Assembly: GCA_965644495.1 (NCBI GenBank)
Contig: CBFFSA010000015.1
Location: 186,001 to 250,000 of the forward strand
From: Perkinsela sp. CCAP 1560/9
Taxonomy: Eukaryota; Protista; Euglenozoa: Kinetoplastea
Reading direction: 5' to 3'
DNA length: 64,000 nt
Under the pieces are notes generated by a model. The model did no database searches and was not told where the DNA came from. It worked only from the letters and a program-made list of their open reading frames with translations. This document shows positions 9,691 through 21,090 of the stretch, piece by piece. Each line of letters starts with the position of its first letter. The first letter of the stretch is position 1. Position numbers and translations under genes: made by a program.

Positions 9691-10309
9691 AAGAAATATC
9701 TATTTATGGGCATATATTCTCCCGGGCAATTCTTTTTTATCTTTTTTTGATGCAATATTTTATTAATGTTAGGTAGCAAAAAAACCTTTCGAATGCTATT
9801 TTTTTTTAAATTTATTCTTAATTCTTGGGCAGAACGAACTGAGGTGAACTATCTGTGGGTACTATTAGGTGACACTCATGCCTACACTACACTCATGCCT
9901 ACTAGCACACATTACCAGCGCAACAGTGATAATTAATCAATGGCTGTATACAAAAGAAAAAAAATTCGAAACATTCGAACGGTTTTTTTACTGACCTTAT
10001 ATACACTTATATTATTTACACTTATTTGAAGGGTTTTGCAATTTTTAGACCCCCCGCAGCATCTGATTTACCCCCCTGTATACACTTGTGTATACAGATA
10101 ATTATGTGTATATAAACCAGGGGGGTTTATAACCAGGGGGGGTTACTTGAAAGACAATTACTGTTGGTGAAGTCTGTTGTATGCCGTCAGTTAACTGTGA
10201 ATACCGTCTATTGCACTTTACTGCACGTTTTTCGTAGCTTTGCTTTTTTTAGGCTGTCGACCTGGGGCAGAGCAAGTTTTTTCGACCACTGTCAGAAATT
10301 TTCTACTAC

Positions 10310-10461
10310 TAAATTTTTTTTTTCAATTTTGGACCACCGGAGCCCCCTTTTATAAATTTTTCTTCTATTATATTACTGTGTTCCTCTTTATATTTTCACT
10401 GTTTTTGTTCACTTTTTTTCAATAATCGAGGGTAGAGCGGTAGTTATGCAACCACCGCAAT
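10310..10461 (-). repeat. Repeat family A, small-hairpin end fragment
   Basis: Inverse of 20159-20310. Confidence 0.75.
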
Positions 10462-10618
10462 CCTCCCATTGCTACTTATGGTAATGTACAAAAACTCCCC
10501 TTTTCAATATTTTCAGAAAGTTCTTCACTATGACATTCGAAATTATTTATTACACGTCAGAAAATACAATAATGCACAATAACTACCTCTTAAAAGAAAA
10601 TTGAACTCAAATCGCTTT

Positions 10619-11230
10619 CTAATTGTCTCCTGGTAAGATCAACACTTGCTTTATTTTCGTTCGCGATCGAACGCGAAATGTGACAAGCGATGGTGGAAGT
10701 TCGTCAATGACTACGTTTCCCGAAAGATTTCGATTTCCCGTTAAACTAAGCACTTGTAGACCGATGGGAAGTTTTGAAAAACTAACCCATCCGTCGAATG
10801 CGTTCTTATCCAATTTTAGCTCTTTCATACTCAGAGGCAATTTATCTAATTGAAGCTCCCCGGTAAACTGATTTTGATGAAGATCCAGTGTTATAATTTC
10901 AGGAGGCATTAAATCCAACGGCAAAGTTCCGGTAAGCTTGTTCAAGGAAAGGTCAATAAATCGCAACGTATGAGGCACGTGGACCCAAGAAGGAGGTCCT
11001 TCCAATTCAACCCAAGACCAATTTAACGTGTCCAATTTTCCATGCGGATTGCATTTTACAAGTGGCCATTCGCAGGCAGGATATGTTGTGTTCCATTGCG
11101 GAAGACAATGTTTGAGCTTTTCTACAAAGTTATGGAGTTCGTATTCCTGTGGCAAAGAAGCGCCACGCACTTTGGCAGGTCGATTGCGTGGCACGTCCTC
11201 AGTTGCACCGTGCAGTAGCGCTCCTGTCAT
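10619..11230 (-). CDS. Small LRR protein (Perkinsela-type family)
   Basis: W..TYPACEWPLVKC N-cap followed by LxxLxLxxNxLxGxLxLxxLP repeats; first ATG at 11230. Confidence 0.85.
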   Translation of the reverse strand: MTGALLHGATEDVPRNRPAKVRGASLPQEYELHNFVEKLKHCLPQWNTTYPACEWPLVKCNPHGKLDTLNWSWVELEGPPSWVHVPHTLRFIDLSLNKLTGTLPLDLMPPEIITLDLHQNQFTGELQLDKLPLSMKELKLDKNAFDGWVSFSKLPIGLQVLSLTGNRNLSGNVVIDELPPSLVTFRVRSRTKIKQVLILPGDN

Positions 11231-11889
11231 AATAATAATAATGAAAGAAGACACAATCACTAAATGATTAAAGAGCAACAATAGAGGGGCTGCGGGTGCG
11301 CATCACCGAACCCGCGCTTTGCATTTGAGGTCGAACGAGGCCTTTTTTAGCCAATAAAAATTACTATAACCCCCATAATACATACATAATTCTTTTACAT
11401 TATCCCCCATTTTATATGATGAGCCCTGTTGAGAGCAACGAAGAGTTCACCTCGCGTATGAAGGTCACATCTGCCAGAGATGATGACGTATACGACGTCA
11501 TTGTCGCATCGCTTACGCGCACCTTCACGAAGTGAAAGATTCTTCCCCCAGCGCTCGTTATCACCGAGGAGGAGTTGGGAGTCATGGTGGAAGAATGCAT
11601 GAGGCGCGTATCGCGCACGATGGACAGCTAAACCGGGGGGCGGATTATTATTACAGTGTAATAGGCCTATTACACTGTAAAAATAAGGTGAAAGATGCTA
11701 AATGGTAATAATAATGTGAAAGCAGGTTATTGTTACGATCTCTCGAGAAAAACTTCAAAGTACGAAAAAAAGAGGAATATTTGCTCCTAAAAATAAGAAA
11801 AGTGCCTATCCAAACTCTTTTTGAATGGGTCTTCACGAAGGAAAAGAGGAAAAAAACAAGATTTTTAACCTAAAAACAACAATTTTCTT

Positions 11890-12497
11890 TTTTAAGCTCT
11901 TCGTTAAACGCGGTGGTAGTTTTCAACAAGCAGTCACTCATGCTGCGTGCTTCGCGTTGAAAACTACCACCGCGTTTAACGAAAAGCCTAAAAAAGAAAA
12001 TTCGGCCTGGAAAGATAAAGAAAACACAAGGATTATGGCCAAAATTAGCCGATTTTCGGGCAAAAATGGGGTGATTTTTGCGTATTTTTACTCTCAGAGC
12101 ACTAAATCCGATATTTGTGTGAGAAATCACTCGTAGGCGTGAATGAAAGCCTACTGAACGTATTGGGTAGAGTGTGCGACTCCAAACACACCATTCTTTT
12201 GACATAAAAAGACCCCTTTAGGTTCGAAAATTACTTTTTCGCACTTTTGGGTCAAAAATGGGCCATTTTGGGAGGCGTGCCACGGCTAGAAGAAGGGGTA
12301 TCTGGCGAAAACGACGGTGTAGAAGGCTAGTATAGGTCCCAAACTCTCAAAATACAATAGGGAAAAAAAGTTGAGAAAATATATTCTTTACCATTTTTTC
12401 GCCAAGTTGAAATTTTTTTCAAAATCTTTTTTCCGAAAAAATCCGAACTTGGCGGAACCGTCCTGCGGATACGCGGGGGGGGGTCACCCCCGGGTAG
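11890..12497 (-). repeat. Repeat family A, partial copy
   Basis: Inverse of ~20470-21070. Confidence 0.8.
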
Positions 12498-12572
12498 TGG
12501 AGCGCCGAGGACACCTTCTCCTGGATTGTCTTCCACGAGGGGTCTGCTTCCTTGCAGGGTCGACGCGTGATC

Positions 12573-15521
12573 CATACCCCTGCCGGGTAAATGGGTAATT
12601 ACCCGGGTAAATTACCCATTTACCCGCTTTACCCACGTTTACCCGCTCGATGACAGGAACTGAAAAGTTGTACCTTAAATGATTTTGAATGTTTTATTTT
12701 TGTATATCTATCAGAAAAATCTCAGATTCTTTTTCCTTCAATCATAATATCATTTACTTTGCTGATAGCGTTGCACTTTTATCTTCTATTTATTACATGC
12801 CCAAACGAAGATCATCGACAGTCAGTACGCCCGAACCGATCGTTTCATCTGAATCAAGCTCTGAGGATGAGATAGTGACCCCGGACCCAAAGCGATCAAA
12901 GCGAAACGAGCGGCACAAGATGACGGTGAAGTCTTTGTCTGGGCACTTTAATTTGGCTCGTTGCCCGCCAAACTGTCCGCATGAACACGCGGATGTTCTC
13001 ACAGACCCCCTTAACCAAAAAGTACACTTTGTGTGCACGACAGAGGGTTGCACGTTTCAATCTCATTGCCGATTTAAAAACGTCTATCATAAGCATGTAC
13101 GCAAGTGTCGTGAGGGCGTGGAGCGAGCTCGCTTGGCGACTGCGCAGGTTTCGTTTATTCAGAGAGCGGCCGTTCAAAGATTCGCTGGGAAGGTGCTCCC
13201 ATGTCTACAAACCCTAACAAACCTTCCGTCGAGTAAATTCGTTTGGCTGATTCGCAAGTATGAGGATCTCCGCCCCGACCTTCCACCGAATGTTATCAAA
13301 GAGGCTATTCCGGAAACAAATTTGAAGAAGTGGCATCAACACTGTGAAATTTTAGCCCACGAAGTCTGGGAGAAGCTTTGCGCTGCCATTGACTTACACA
13401 TGGTGTACGGAATTGCCGTTGATGCAGGAATCGACCGAGCAAAGTCTGAGCACATTTTATTGTCCGTCTTATATGTAGGCCCTGAAGAATACGTCTTACC
13501 TCCCATTTATTCTCCTAGTCATCGTGCTTTTGATGGAAAAACAGTAGCCGAACAACTAGTGTTTACTCTTCAGGCGAATCTTGGTGAGCACCGACTTTTA
13601 AAGCTAAAATTCATGATCGCGGACGGAAGTTCTGTGAATCGCGTGGCACGTAACAATTGCGAAGGAGCTCTCAAACGCATATATGACCAAATTTCCCCGA
13701 TTGGGGAGAGTGACACTGCAGCACTTCAGCAAGGCATATCTTCTCGTGTCCCTTCGATAATACTCCTGTCTTGCATAGGTCATATGCTGAATAACATTTG
13801 CCAAACGACCTTGAAGCCCTACGAAGAGTCACCGTGCTTTCTTTTCAAAAAAGCGTTCAGTCAGTCCTTTTATTCAGGAGGACGAGCGAGTGCAGCAAAA
13901 GGGAAATACAAGGGAGTTGCTCTGGATCTCGCTCTGGCTCGCTTCGATCAGGGAGTTCTGAAGGCGGAAGAAACCTTACGTCAATCGTACCATGGCCTTG
14001 GGGAGGATGCCCCAGTTTTCTGCCGTCAACAACTACAATCTACTCTAATCGGATGCCTCGAAAAGCTGAAGGAGGTATCTCCGGACATGTCCAATTCTCT
14101 AATTGCCACACTGTCATGCAATGTCACGTCATGGTACGAGAAGCATCGCCAGCTTCTTGCTCAGGGACCGAAATTGATTAGTGCTTTGCAAGTAGCGCGT
14201 GAAACTGAGGGTGTCGAAACTCCGAAGCTCGGAGGTGTGACGCGCTGGTGTCAGGATAAGTTTACATGTATGCAATTTTTGGCGAAGAATATGGACACAG
14301 TATCGGCATTTGTGTACAGCGAAAGTGAAAAGGCACGGGCGTCAAAGTCCATTATTAAGTGTAAGCGTTTGCTGGACCGGTACGGAGCTTTGGAAATTAA
14401 AGCAAGCTGCTTTACATTTCTTGAACAATGCAGCGTTTTGCATTCAGCATTGAACAAATTTTCAGACATGTTGGGGAAACCGATGGCAACTCATGTCGGA
14501 ACTACGCTGCAGCTCTTGTTCGAACATAGCGAAAGTGACGAAGCGCCCTCGCGAATGCGAGAAGCACTTCTTTATCACAAGACTCGTCTACAAAAAAATC
14601 ATAATATGCGCTTTTGGAACGATGTTCTCTGGTTCCGTCCCGGATGGATCGTTCAGTTCGCTCGTCCTTGTGGTCTTCTCCCCATCTCGGTAGCTCGAGC
14701 AAATAATGTTTTTGACAAAAATGCGGACGGTCCGTCGGCCGAGCAGCCGATCTTTCGTATTTCATCCGATGAGTGGGAAAAATACTTAGCATGCCTCGAT
14801 TTCAGTTGGGATCCGTCTAAGTTCAGCAACGAGTACGAATGGTGGTGTGGTCCTGGGTGTGAAATGTTCCCAGCGATTTACGAAGCTGCCGTACACTACG
14901 TTTGGACGCCACCCCTGGTCAACAAGTGCGACTCCTGGCTTTCCGTGCTTGGATATATGTATAGCTCACGCCAGGCCTCCCTTACTCCCGATGTTGTATC
15001 GCACCAGATATTCGTGCGAGGAAATTGCGACAAGCTAGGATATATGACTCAAGGTGATTCTGATTCGCTGGAAAATGATAGTGAGCTTGAATCATTGTCA
15101 GATACAGAACATAACTGACTTAACATTATGTGGATTGTACGCAGTAGTTGTATTTGATTTTAGTACAGTGATTACTATACAGTATAGTATTAGTACTGTA
15201 TGAAGCGGGGATTAGCCCGCCAGGTCAAGAAAAAAATAAAAAAAAATAAAAAAAAATAAAACAAAATTGTTTGGTTTAGGGGATAGGAAAGGGGGGAAAC
15301 CGAATGAAAGACGGATTTTTCCTTCTATGGATTGAGATACTGTTTCTGTAGCGACAACTTGCTCAGCAAAGTTGGCACAGTCATCGAGCTTTATTCTAGT
15401 ACGGGATCGTATGGTTGGTTGGTAAATCTCGGTGAAAGCGGGTAAATGGGTCAATGACCCGGGTAAATTACCCGCGTTTACCACCACGTGGGTAATTACC
15501 CATTTACCCGGCAGGGGTATG
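12573..15521 (+). mobile_element. hAT-like DNA transposon with perfect TIRs and 6-bp TSD GTGATC
   Basis: CATACCCCTGCCGGGTAAATGGGTAATTACCC ... GGGTAATTACCCATTTACCCGGCAGGGGTATG; GTGATC at 12567-12572 and 15522-15527; subterminal GGGTAA/TTACCC repeats. Confidence 0.9.
12797..15118 (+). CDS. hAT-like transposase
   Basis: N-terminal C/H finger, IAVDAG, IADGSSVN, CIGH (CxxH), TRW, and C-terminal WW..FP.I...A...P dimerisation-like region; frame is open from 12689. Confidence 0.8.
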   Translation: MPKRRSSTVSTPEPIVSSESSSEDEIVTPDPKRSKRNERHKMTVKSLSGHFNLARCPPNCPHEHADVLTDPLNQKVHFVCTTEGCTFQSHCRFKNVYHKHVRKCREGVERARLATAQVSFIQRAAVQRFAGKVLPCLQTLTNLPSSKFVWLIRKYEDLRPDLPPNVIKEAIPETNLKKWHQHCEILAHEVWEKLCAAIDLHMVYGIAVDAGIDRAKSEHILLSVLYVGPEEYVLPPIYSPSHRAFDGKTVAEQLVFTLQANLGEHRLLKLKFMIADGSSVNRVARNNCEGALKRIYDQISPIGESDTAALQQGISSRVPSIILLSCIGHMLNNICQTTLKPYEESPCFLFKKAFSQSFYSGGRASAAKGKYKGVALDLALARFDQGVLKAEETLRQSYHGLGEDAPVFCRQQLQSTLIGCLEKLKEVSPDMSNSLIATLSCNVTSWYEKHRQLLAQGPKLISALQVARETEGVETPKLGGVTRWCQDKFTCMQFLAKNMDTVSAFVYSESEKARASKSIIKCKRLLDRYGALEIKASCFTFLEQCSVLHSALNKFSDMLGKPMATHVGTTLQLLFEHSESDEAPSRMREALLYHKTRLQKNHNMRFWNDVLWFRPGWIVQFARPCGLLPISVARANNVFDKNADGPSAEQPIFRISSDEWEKYLACLDFSWDPSKFSNEYEWWCGPGCEMFPAIYEAAVHYVWTPPLVNKCDSWLSVLGYMYSSRQASLTPDVVSHQIFVRGNCDKLGYMTQGDSDSLENDSELESLSDTEHN

Positions 15522-15861
15522 GTGATCTGGAGGCTTTCTTGGAACAGAACCTTCTCTACGCCCCTCCTCATGAAGGAACTCTGGGGGAGTTCGTGGAGAA
15601 CGTGTGGCGTTGTGTTTCAGAAAAGCGCTCCAGATCATGCACTCTGTGACGCAAACGGAAGAGTAGCCAGAGCAAAGAAAACGTCGCAGAGGAATCCCTT
15701 TCTTCTATGGTGCTCTCTTCACCCAGCTCGCACACTCAACCTTCCTCGCTCCCTGAACCTTCGCTTGGGGAAGCTTCTTTGAAGCCACGTTCCTCTCGCG
15801 TGATGCGTTTTCCTTCCCTGTAGTTTTCCCTTGCGGAAGCGTACGTAGGAGAAAAAGAGTA

Positions 15862-15960
15862 TACTCCCCCTGTCATTAATACTGATAATGATAATCCTCA
15901 AGAATGATATTTTTTTTGAGATTATTATTATCATGTTCATTATTAATGGCAGAGGGAGTA
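15862..15960. repeat. Imperfect inverted repeat
   Basis: TACTCCCCCTGTCATTAATA ... TATTAATGGCAGAGGGAGTA. Confidence 0.55.
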
Positions 15961-16255
15961 CAATGTCCTACATAGTTTTCGACAAAAAGACACGATTTTC
16001 AGGCCAAAAATACGAAATTTTAACCCGAATTTGGGCCGTTTTTGAAACCTTACCAGTAGTTTTTTAGTTCAAAGTACTTTTTTTTAAGACACAAAATGTT
16101 TTGTAAGAAAATTCTGCGTGCATGAAAATAAGTTGATAATTTTTTAAGAGTCTTCACCACGTAGAATAACATTTTTTTTTTAAGATTATCATTATTAATG
16201 ACAGGGCGAGTAATTCAAGAGAAGTGATAAGCTCATTTTTTTGAAGTTTGAAGTG

Positions 16256-16460
16256 CCCAGATTGAAAGGGGCGAGGGAGATACGAAGCAACAGGCGTGGC
16301 AGATTCCCACTGAAAAGAAATGGTATCTCCCCGCACTAAGTTTGCCTCCGAGCTAGCAAGCGCTAAAGCTTTTCTCGTGCGGGGAGATACCATTTCTTTT
16401 CAGTGGGAATCTGTCACGCCTGTTGCTTCGTATCTCCCTCGCCCTTTTCAATCTGGGTTA
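16256..16460. repeat. Foldback palindrome related to family F
   Basis: ~80-bp arms containing GAGGGAGATAC / GTATCTCCCTC and ending CTGGGTTA. Confidence 0.85.
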
Positions 16461-16508
16461 TACGGCGGGCCCTTCGAGGCGGTGCAGACCCGGTTGGTTC
16501 CTTCAGAG

Positions 16509-16645
16509 CATAGCCAGCTGGCCACTCTTTCACAACATGGCCAGCTGGCCACCCTTCCACATGGCCAGTCGGCCACCCTACCACAACATGGCCAGCTCGC
16601 CACTCTTTCACAACATAGCCAGCTAGCCACTCTTCCACAACATGG
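16509..16645 (+). repeat. Tandem repeat of ~24-27 bp, about 5 units
   Basis: CAT(A/G)GCCAGCTGGCCACTCTTTCACAA units. Confidence 0.85.
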
Positions 16646-16774
16646 CGATCTGTAACAACACTCTCCAAATGGAACACCAGTGCAGTCACTGGTGGCGCAC
16701 GGTCTCTCATGTGGGTGTTTCATGTGCAGTCCACCTGCATTCACGCTCCACTCTAGCTACACGGTGCATCAATA

Positions 16775-17390
16775 CAGTCACTGCCTCACGTGGCAGTACA
16801 CTTACTCTCTCAAATGCCACTGCAGCTACATTCCATTACTGCAGTCACCTCCTCACGTGGCAGTCACTGACTCTCTCACGCGCCACTGCATCTACACTGC
16901 GTTCATTGCCTCACGTGGCAGTAGACTCACTCTTTCACGTACGTGATGCAGCTGCACTGCATCACTGCAGTCACTGCCTCACGTGGCAGTGCACTTACTC
17001 TCGCACGTTCCACTGTACTTGCACTGCATCACTGTGCAACCACTGCCTCACGTGGCAGTACACCACTGCCACGAAAGAGTAAGTGCCACGTGTACACGTA
17101 TCCACGTGGCACTTATTCTTTCACGTACCACTGTACTTACAGTGGCAGTGCACTTACTCTTTCACGTACCACTCTTTCACGTGGCACTTACTCTTTCACT
17201 TGGCACTGTACTTACAGTGGCAGTGGACTTACTCTCGCACGTGCCACTGCAGCTGCACTGCATCACTGTGCAACCACTGCCTCACGTGGCAGTACACTTA
17301 CTCTCGCACGTTTCACTGTACTTGCACTGCATCACTGTGCAACCACTGCCTCACGTGGCAGTACACTTACTCTCTCACGAGCACTGTAGC
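16775..17390. repeat. Satellite-like array of the near-palindromic unit ACTGCCTCACGTGGCAGT
   Basis: Repeated CACTGCCTCACGTGGCAGTACACTTACTCT-type units. Confidence 0.85.
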
Positions 17391-17572
17391 TGCACACTAC
17401 CACTCGGACCTGCTCATTATTTTTCTCTCTATATACAAAATGCAAACCGTGTTTTTGGTGGCCAGCTGGCCACTTTTTCGAGAAAAAAAAATCTGAAAAA
17501 AAATTGTTCCGAATGTGTTTTTTTTGCGATCTTGAGCAAATAATATTTTTTTTCGATTTTTTTTAGTAAAAT

Positions 17573-18259
17573 GAGGGGATGCGGGTGAAACCTCGCGAAA
17601 CCTCGGTGAAACCTCGCGAAACCTCGGTGAAACCTCGCGAAACTCAGCTAAAATCCCTCAAAGCCATGCCCAAGTGTTTGTCGTCCAACAACTCGGCAAA
17701 TAAAATAAAATAGAAATACAGAAATGAGCTTTCAAATCTTCAAAACGTCTTTCAAAAATCGGTTCAACAACGCCACAACCACGACTACACAGGCATTCGT
17801 TCTCTTCATTGAAATTTTTAAGAGATCTATTAATGTATGTGGCATACTCATACTGAGGATTCACACACAATGATCCATACATGAGAACCAATACAATCTG
17901 CACCGCATCTTTTATTTTTCAAAAGGGTCAGAAGACGTGAAAAAGGAGTTCTTTGTCTTACAATTGATTTACTCTATACTATTTAACTTTAATTATTAAA
18001 ATTACTATTTTTAAAATGTGACAGATAACTAGGGGTGGTGGTGGACGAAAAACAATCGAAGTGCAAAAAGTGACTGATAACTAGGGGGAGGGGTGACTGA
18101 TAACTAGGGGGGTACAGTATGTGTGTACATAAATCAAAAGAACACTTCGCTAAAATAAGGCATAGATAATCAATATTTTCTGGTGATCACCCATACAAAA
18201 TTATTGTGCATGCGAAACCTCGGTGAAACCTCGTGAAACCTCGCGACCCGCAGCCCCTC
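17573..18259. mobile_element. Sola-like MITE (GAG...CTC termini, 4-bp AAAT TSD) with a nested Tc1/pogo-like fragment
   Basis: GAGGGGATGCGGGT ... ACCCGCAGCCCCTC; AAAT on both sides; subterminal GAAACCTCG tandem repeats. Confidence 0.65.
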
Positions 18260-18262
18260 AAA

Positions 18263-18335
18263 TGTCGATGTCGGGAATCGAACCGCGGACGTCCAGCGTC
18301 AAAATGGAACCCCTTTACCAACTGGACTACAGTGA
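18263..18335 (-). pseudogene. tRNA-like Pol III sequence (degenerate tRNA or SINE head)
   Basis: A box TAGTCCAGTTGG and B box GGTTCGATTCC at tRNA spacing; acceptor and anticodon arms imperfect. Confidence 0.6.
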
Positions 18336-18541
18336 AAGTCACAATTCTGAGAATGGTCAGTTGCACATTGCCGCGTAAAAAAGCACTGTTTTGCAAATTT
18401 TCGTCACAATTCTCAGAATTGACCTGTTGCACGTTCGCAGCAATTTTTTAGTAGAAATTGAATGGATTCTCATTTTTTCTGATTTTCTTTTTTCGAAAAA
18501 AATGGTAGCCATAAAAAGGGGAGGTAAATGGAAAAATATAC

Positions 18542-18870
18542 ACCCAGGGTAAAGTGGACGAGGGAGATACCAATAGTGTAGTTGCGGCAGTTTCCCACAG
18601 GAGAAACGGCATCTCCACCTTTTTAGGCGCCTGTCTTCATGCCATAAGGGAGATACCGTTTTTCCTGTGGGAAACTGCCGCATCTACACTATTGGTATCT
18701 CCTTCGTCCACTTTACCCTGGGTTACATAGTAAAACCATGTTCCTTAGGACTCCTTACAGCTTCCCACGCGAGGAAGTCGTCGTCGCCGCGGCAAAAAGA
18801 CAGAAGACTCCGACTTCTGCTTTTTGCCCTGCGCCTCCTCCTTCCTATCCCGCACTTCCAGTTGAAGTTG
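18542..18870 (+). repeat. Repeat family F (foldback end plus body)
   Basis: Palindrome 18542-18724; body similar to 36650-36750. Confidence 0.8.
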
Positions 18871-18959
18871 AGTTGCGTTTTTAGATGTATTTTGATACAT
18901 TTTAGCATTTAGCACTACGCGAAGTACATCATTCGAAGCCCCCCTTTACCCAAGAACTT

Positions 18960-19448
18960 TACCCAAGGGGCAGGAGGCGAATCTGTCGAAACAAACCTCG
19001 TAGAATGGTAACTGAGGTCCAAAACTCTTAAAATACGTTTTAGGAGTCGATTTTGGAAAAATAATATTTTTGCTTTTTTTGGGGCCCAAATTTTTTTTTT
19101 TTTGGTCACCCCAAAAATTTCGGAAATTTTGATCTTGTCGGACCCCTCCTGCGCGTACCAGGGGGGGTACCCCCAGGGGGGGGTGGAAAATTTTCGCCGC
19201 GGCCTACTCTACCACTTCCCTGCGCTCGATTTTCAAAATTCGAAAAAAATTTCCTGACGTATGCCCCCCCCCACATGGACCCCCCATTTTTTTCAATTTT
19301 TTTTTTCATTTTTGGACCACCGGAGCCCCCTTTTATATTTTTTTCTTCTATTATATTACTGTGTTTCTCTTTATATTTTCACTGTTTTTGGTCACTTTTT
19401 TTTGCAATAATCGAGGGTAGAGCGGTAGTTATACAACCACCGCAATAA
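18960..19448 (-). repeat. Repeat family A, partial copy
   Basis: Inverse of 38918-39380. Confidence 0.8.
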
Positions 19449-19449
19449 A

Positions 19450-19702
19450 GTTCCGTACTGTGCAAGTTTCAAAAAGAACTGTACAGAGAGACTTATCATC
19501 CCTGGATTACAGTTACGCCGCTGGGCCGTTATGCCAAGGGCTTACCGAACGACAAAAAGTAAGAGTTCAGTTTGCGTTGAATTACAATATGGATACTCCC
19601 CGTGTTATCTTTACGAACGAAAAAATATTTGATACGAATGATAGCAGAAGAAAAATATGGGTAAGGCGTGGTCAAAAAGCAGCCCCGCGTCAAAAAGTTT
19701 AG
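19450..19702 (+). pseudogene. Tc1/mariner transposase fragment related to 3-869
   Basis: VSKRTVQRDL, LTERQK, VIFTNEKIFDTND (first catalytic D replaced by N). Confidence 0.8.
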
Positions 19703-19837
19703 TCTGTTTTGGGCTTGTGTGTGCGTGGGGCTGGCTACACCTCCGCTAATTAATTTCTATAAATATATTTTTTTTTTTAAATTATTAAATTTTAAATTAT
19801 AAAACTTTTGCATCCATATTTATAAAAATTATACTTA

Positions 19838-20152
19838 CTGTGACCCCCCCTTTATACTTCGCTGGTCAGACCCCTCCACTTTATACTTCGTTTTTTGTGT
19901 CCCCCCCCCGAAGAGGGCACGATATTTTTTTATAATTTTCGTAATTTTTCAAAACATTTTAGAAAAAAACAAGAACGTTCTAATTCTTCTCTTCTAGAAA
20001 TGGAAGATGATATAAAAGGAAAGACAGGAAAACTGGATGAGCCGCGCCGCGAAGCGGCGGGGCTTTTTTTTACAGCGGGGAAAAAATTCAGACCCCCCCT
20101 TTATACTTCGTTACTGCTCAAAATGGGCGAAGTATAAAGGGGAGGGTCACAG
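19838..20152. mobile_element. TA-flanked MITE (Tc1/pogo type)
   Basis: CTGTGACCC..CTTTATACTTCG TIRs; related partial copy at ~44075-44343. Confidence 0.8.
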
Positions 20153-20158
20153 TATTTA

Positions 20159-21090
20159 TAATTGCGGTGGTTGTAAAACTACCGCTCTACACTCGATTAT
20201 TGAAAAAAAAGTGAACAAAAACAGTGAAAATATAAAGGGGAACACAGTAATATAATAGAAGAAAAAAATATAAAAGGAGGCTCCGGTGGACCAAAACTGA
20301 AAAAAAAATTCGAAAAAAATGGGGGGTCCATGGGGGAGGTCCAGGGGGGAGGTCCAGGGGGGAGGTCCAGGGGGGGGGTCATGGTCGAGCATATTTTTTC
20401 GAAAAAATTAGTTTTCGAGAAAAAACCGCAGAAAGGGTAGCCGGGGTCTTGGCGCGTATTTTCCACCCCCCTACCCGGGGGTGACCCCCCCGCGTATCCG
20501 CAGGACGGGTCCGCCAAGTTCGGATTTTTTCGGAAAACACAATTTGAAAAAAAATTCAACTTGGCGAAAAAAATGGCAAAAAAAATGTTTTTCCAAAATC
20601 GTTTCTCCTATTGTATTTTGATAGTTTGGGACCTATACTAGCTTTCTCCGCAGTTGTTTTCGCAAGGTATCCCTTCTTCAAACCGTGGTGCGCCCCTCAA
20701 AATGACCCATTTTTGAGTAAAAAAGGTGAAAAAGTATTTTTCGGACCTAAAGGGGCATTTTTGTGTCGAAAGAATGGTATGGTTGGAGTCGTCTTCTCTA
20801 CCCAATACGTTTGGTAGGCTTCCATTCATGCCTACGAGTGATTTCCCACGCGCAAATGTCGGATTTAGTGCTCTGAGAGCAAAATTACGCGAAAATTACC
20901 CCATTTTTACCCGAAATTCGGCTATTTTTGGCTACAATCTTTCCGTTTTCCAGGTTGAATTTTCTTTTTTAGGCTCTTCGTTAAACGCGGCGGTAGTTTT
21001 CAACGCGAAGCGCGCAGCATGAGTGACTTCTAAGTTGAAAACAACCACCGCGTTTAACGAAGAGACTAAAAAAGAAAATTTAACCTGGAA
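20159..21090 (+). mobile_element. Repeat family A, complete copy (Helentron/HINE-like non-autonomous element)
   Basis: Small hairpin GCGGTGGTTGTAAAACTACCGC at one end and ~100-bp hairpin at 20971-21068 at the other; at least 7 copies in the window. Confidence 0.7.

Larger units (their letters stand above)
7278..9999 (-). mobile_element. Tc1-like DNA transposon with ~290-bp TIRs and TA TSD, carrying nested insertions
   Basis: Left TIR 7278-7337 plus 7837-~8055 is the inverse of ~9702-9999; TA on both flanks. Confidence 0.85.

Noticed and set aside
11412-11632. GC-richer coding-like fragment
   Set aside because: Short, contains a stop, and no recognisable homology
12590-12650. GGGTAA/TTACCC units as telomeric repeats
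   Set aside because: They are subterminal repeats of the hAT-like element and occur at both of its ends
16500-17400. CRISPR-like array or repeat-protein ORFs
   Set aside because: Units are degenerate and tandem with no unique spacers; eukaryotic context with no cas genes
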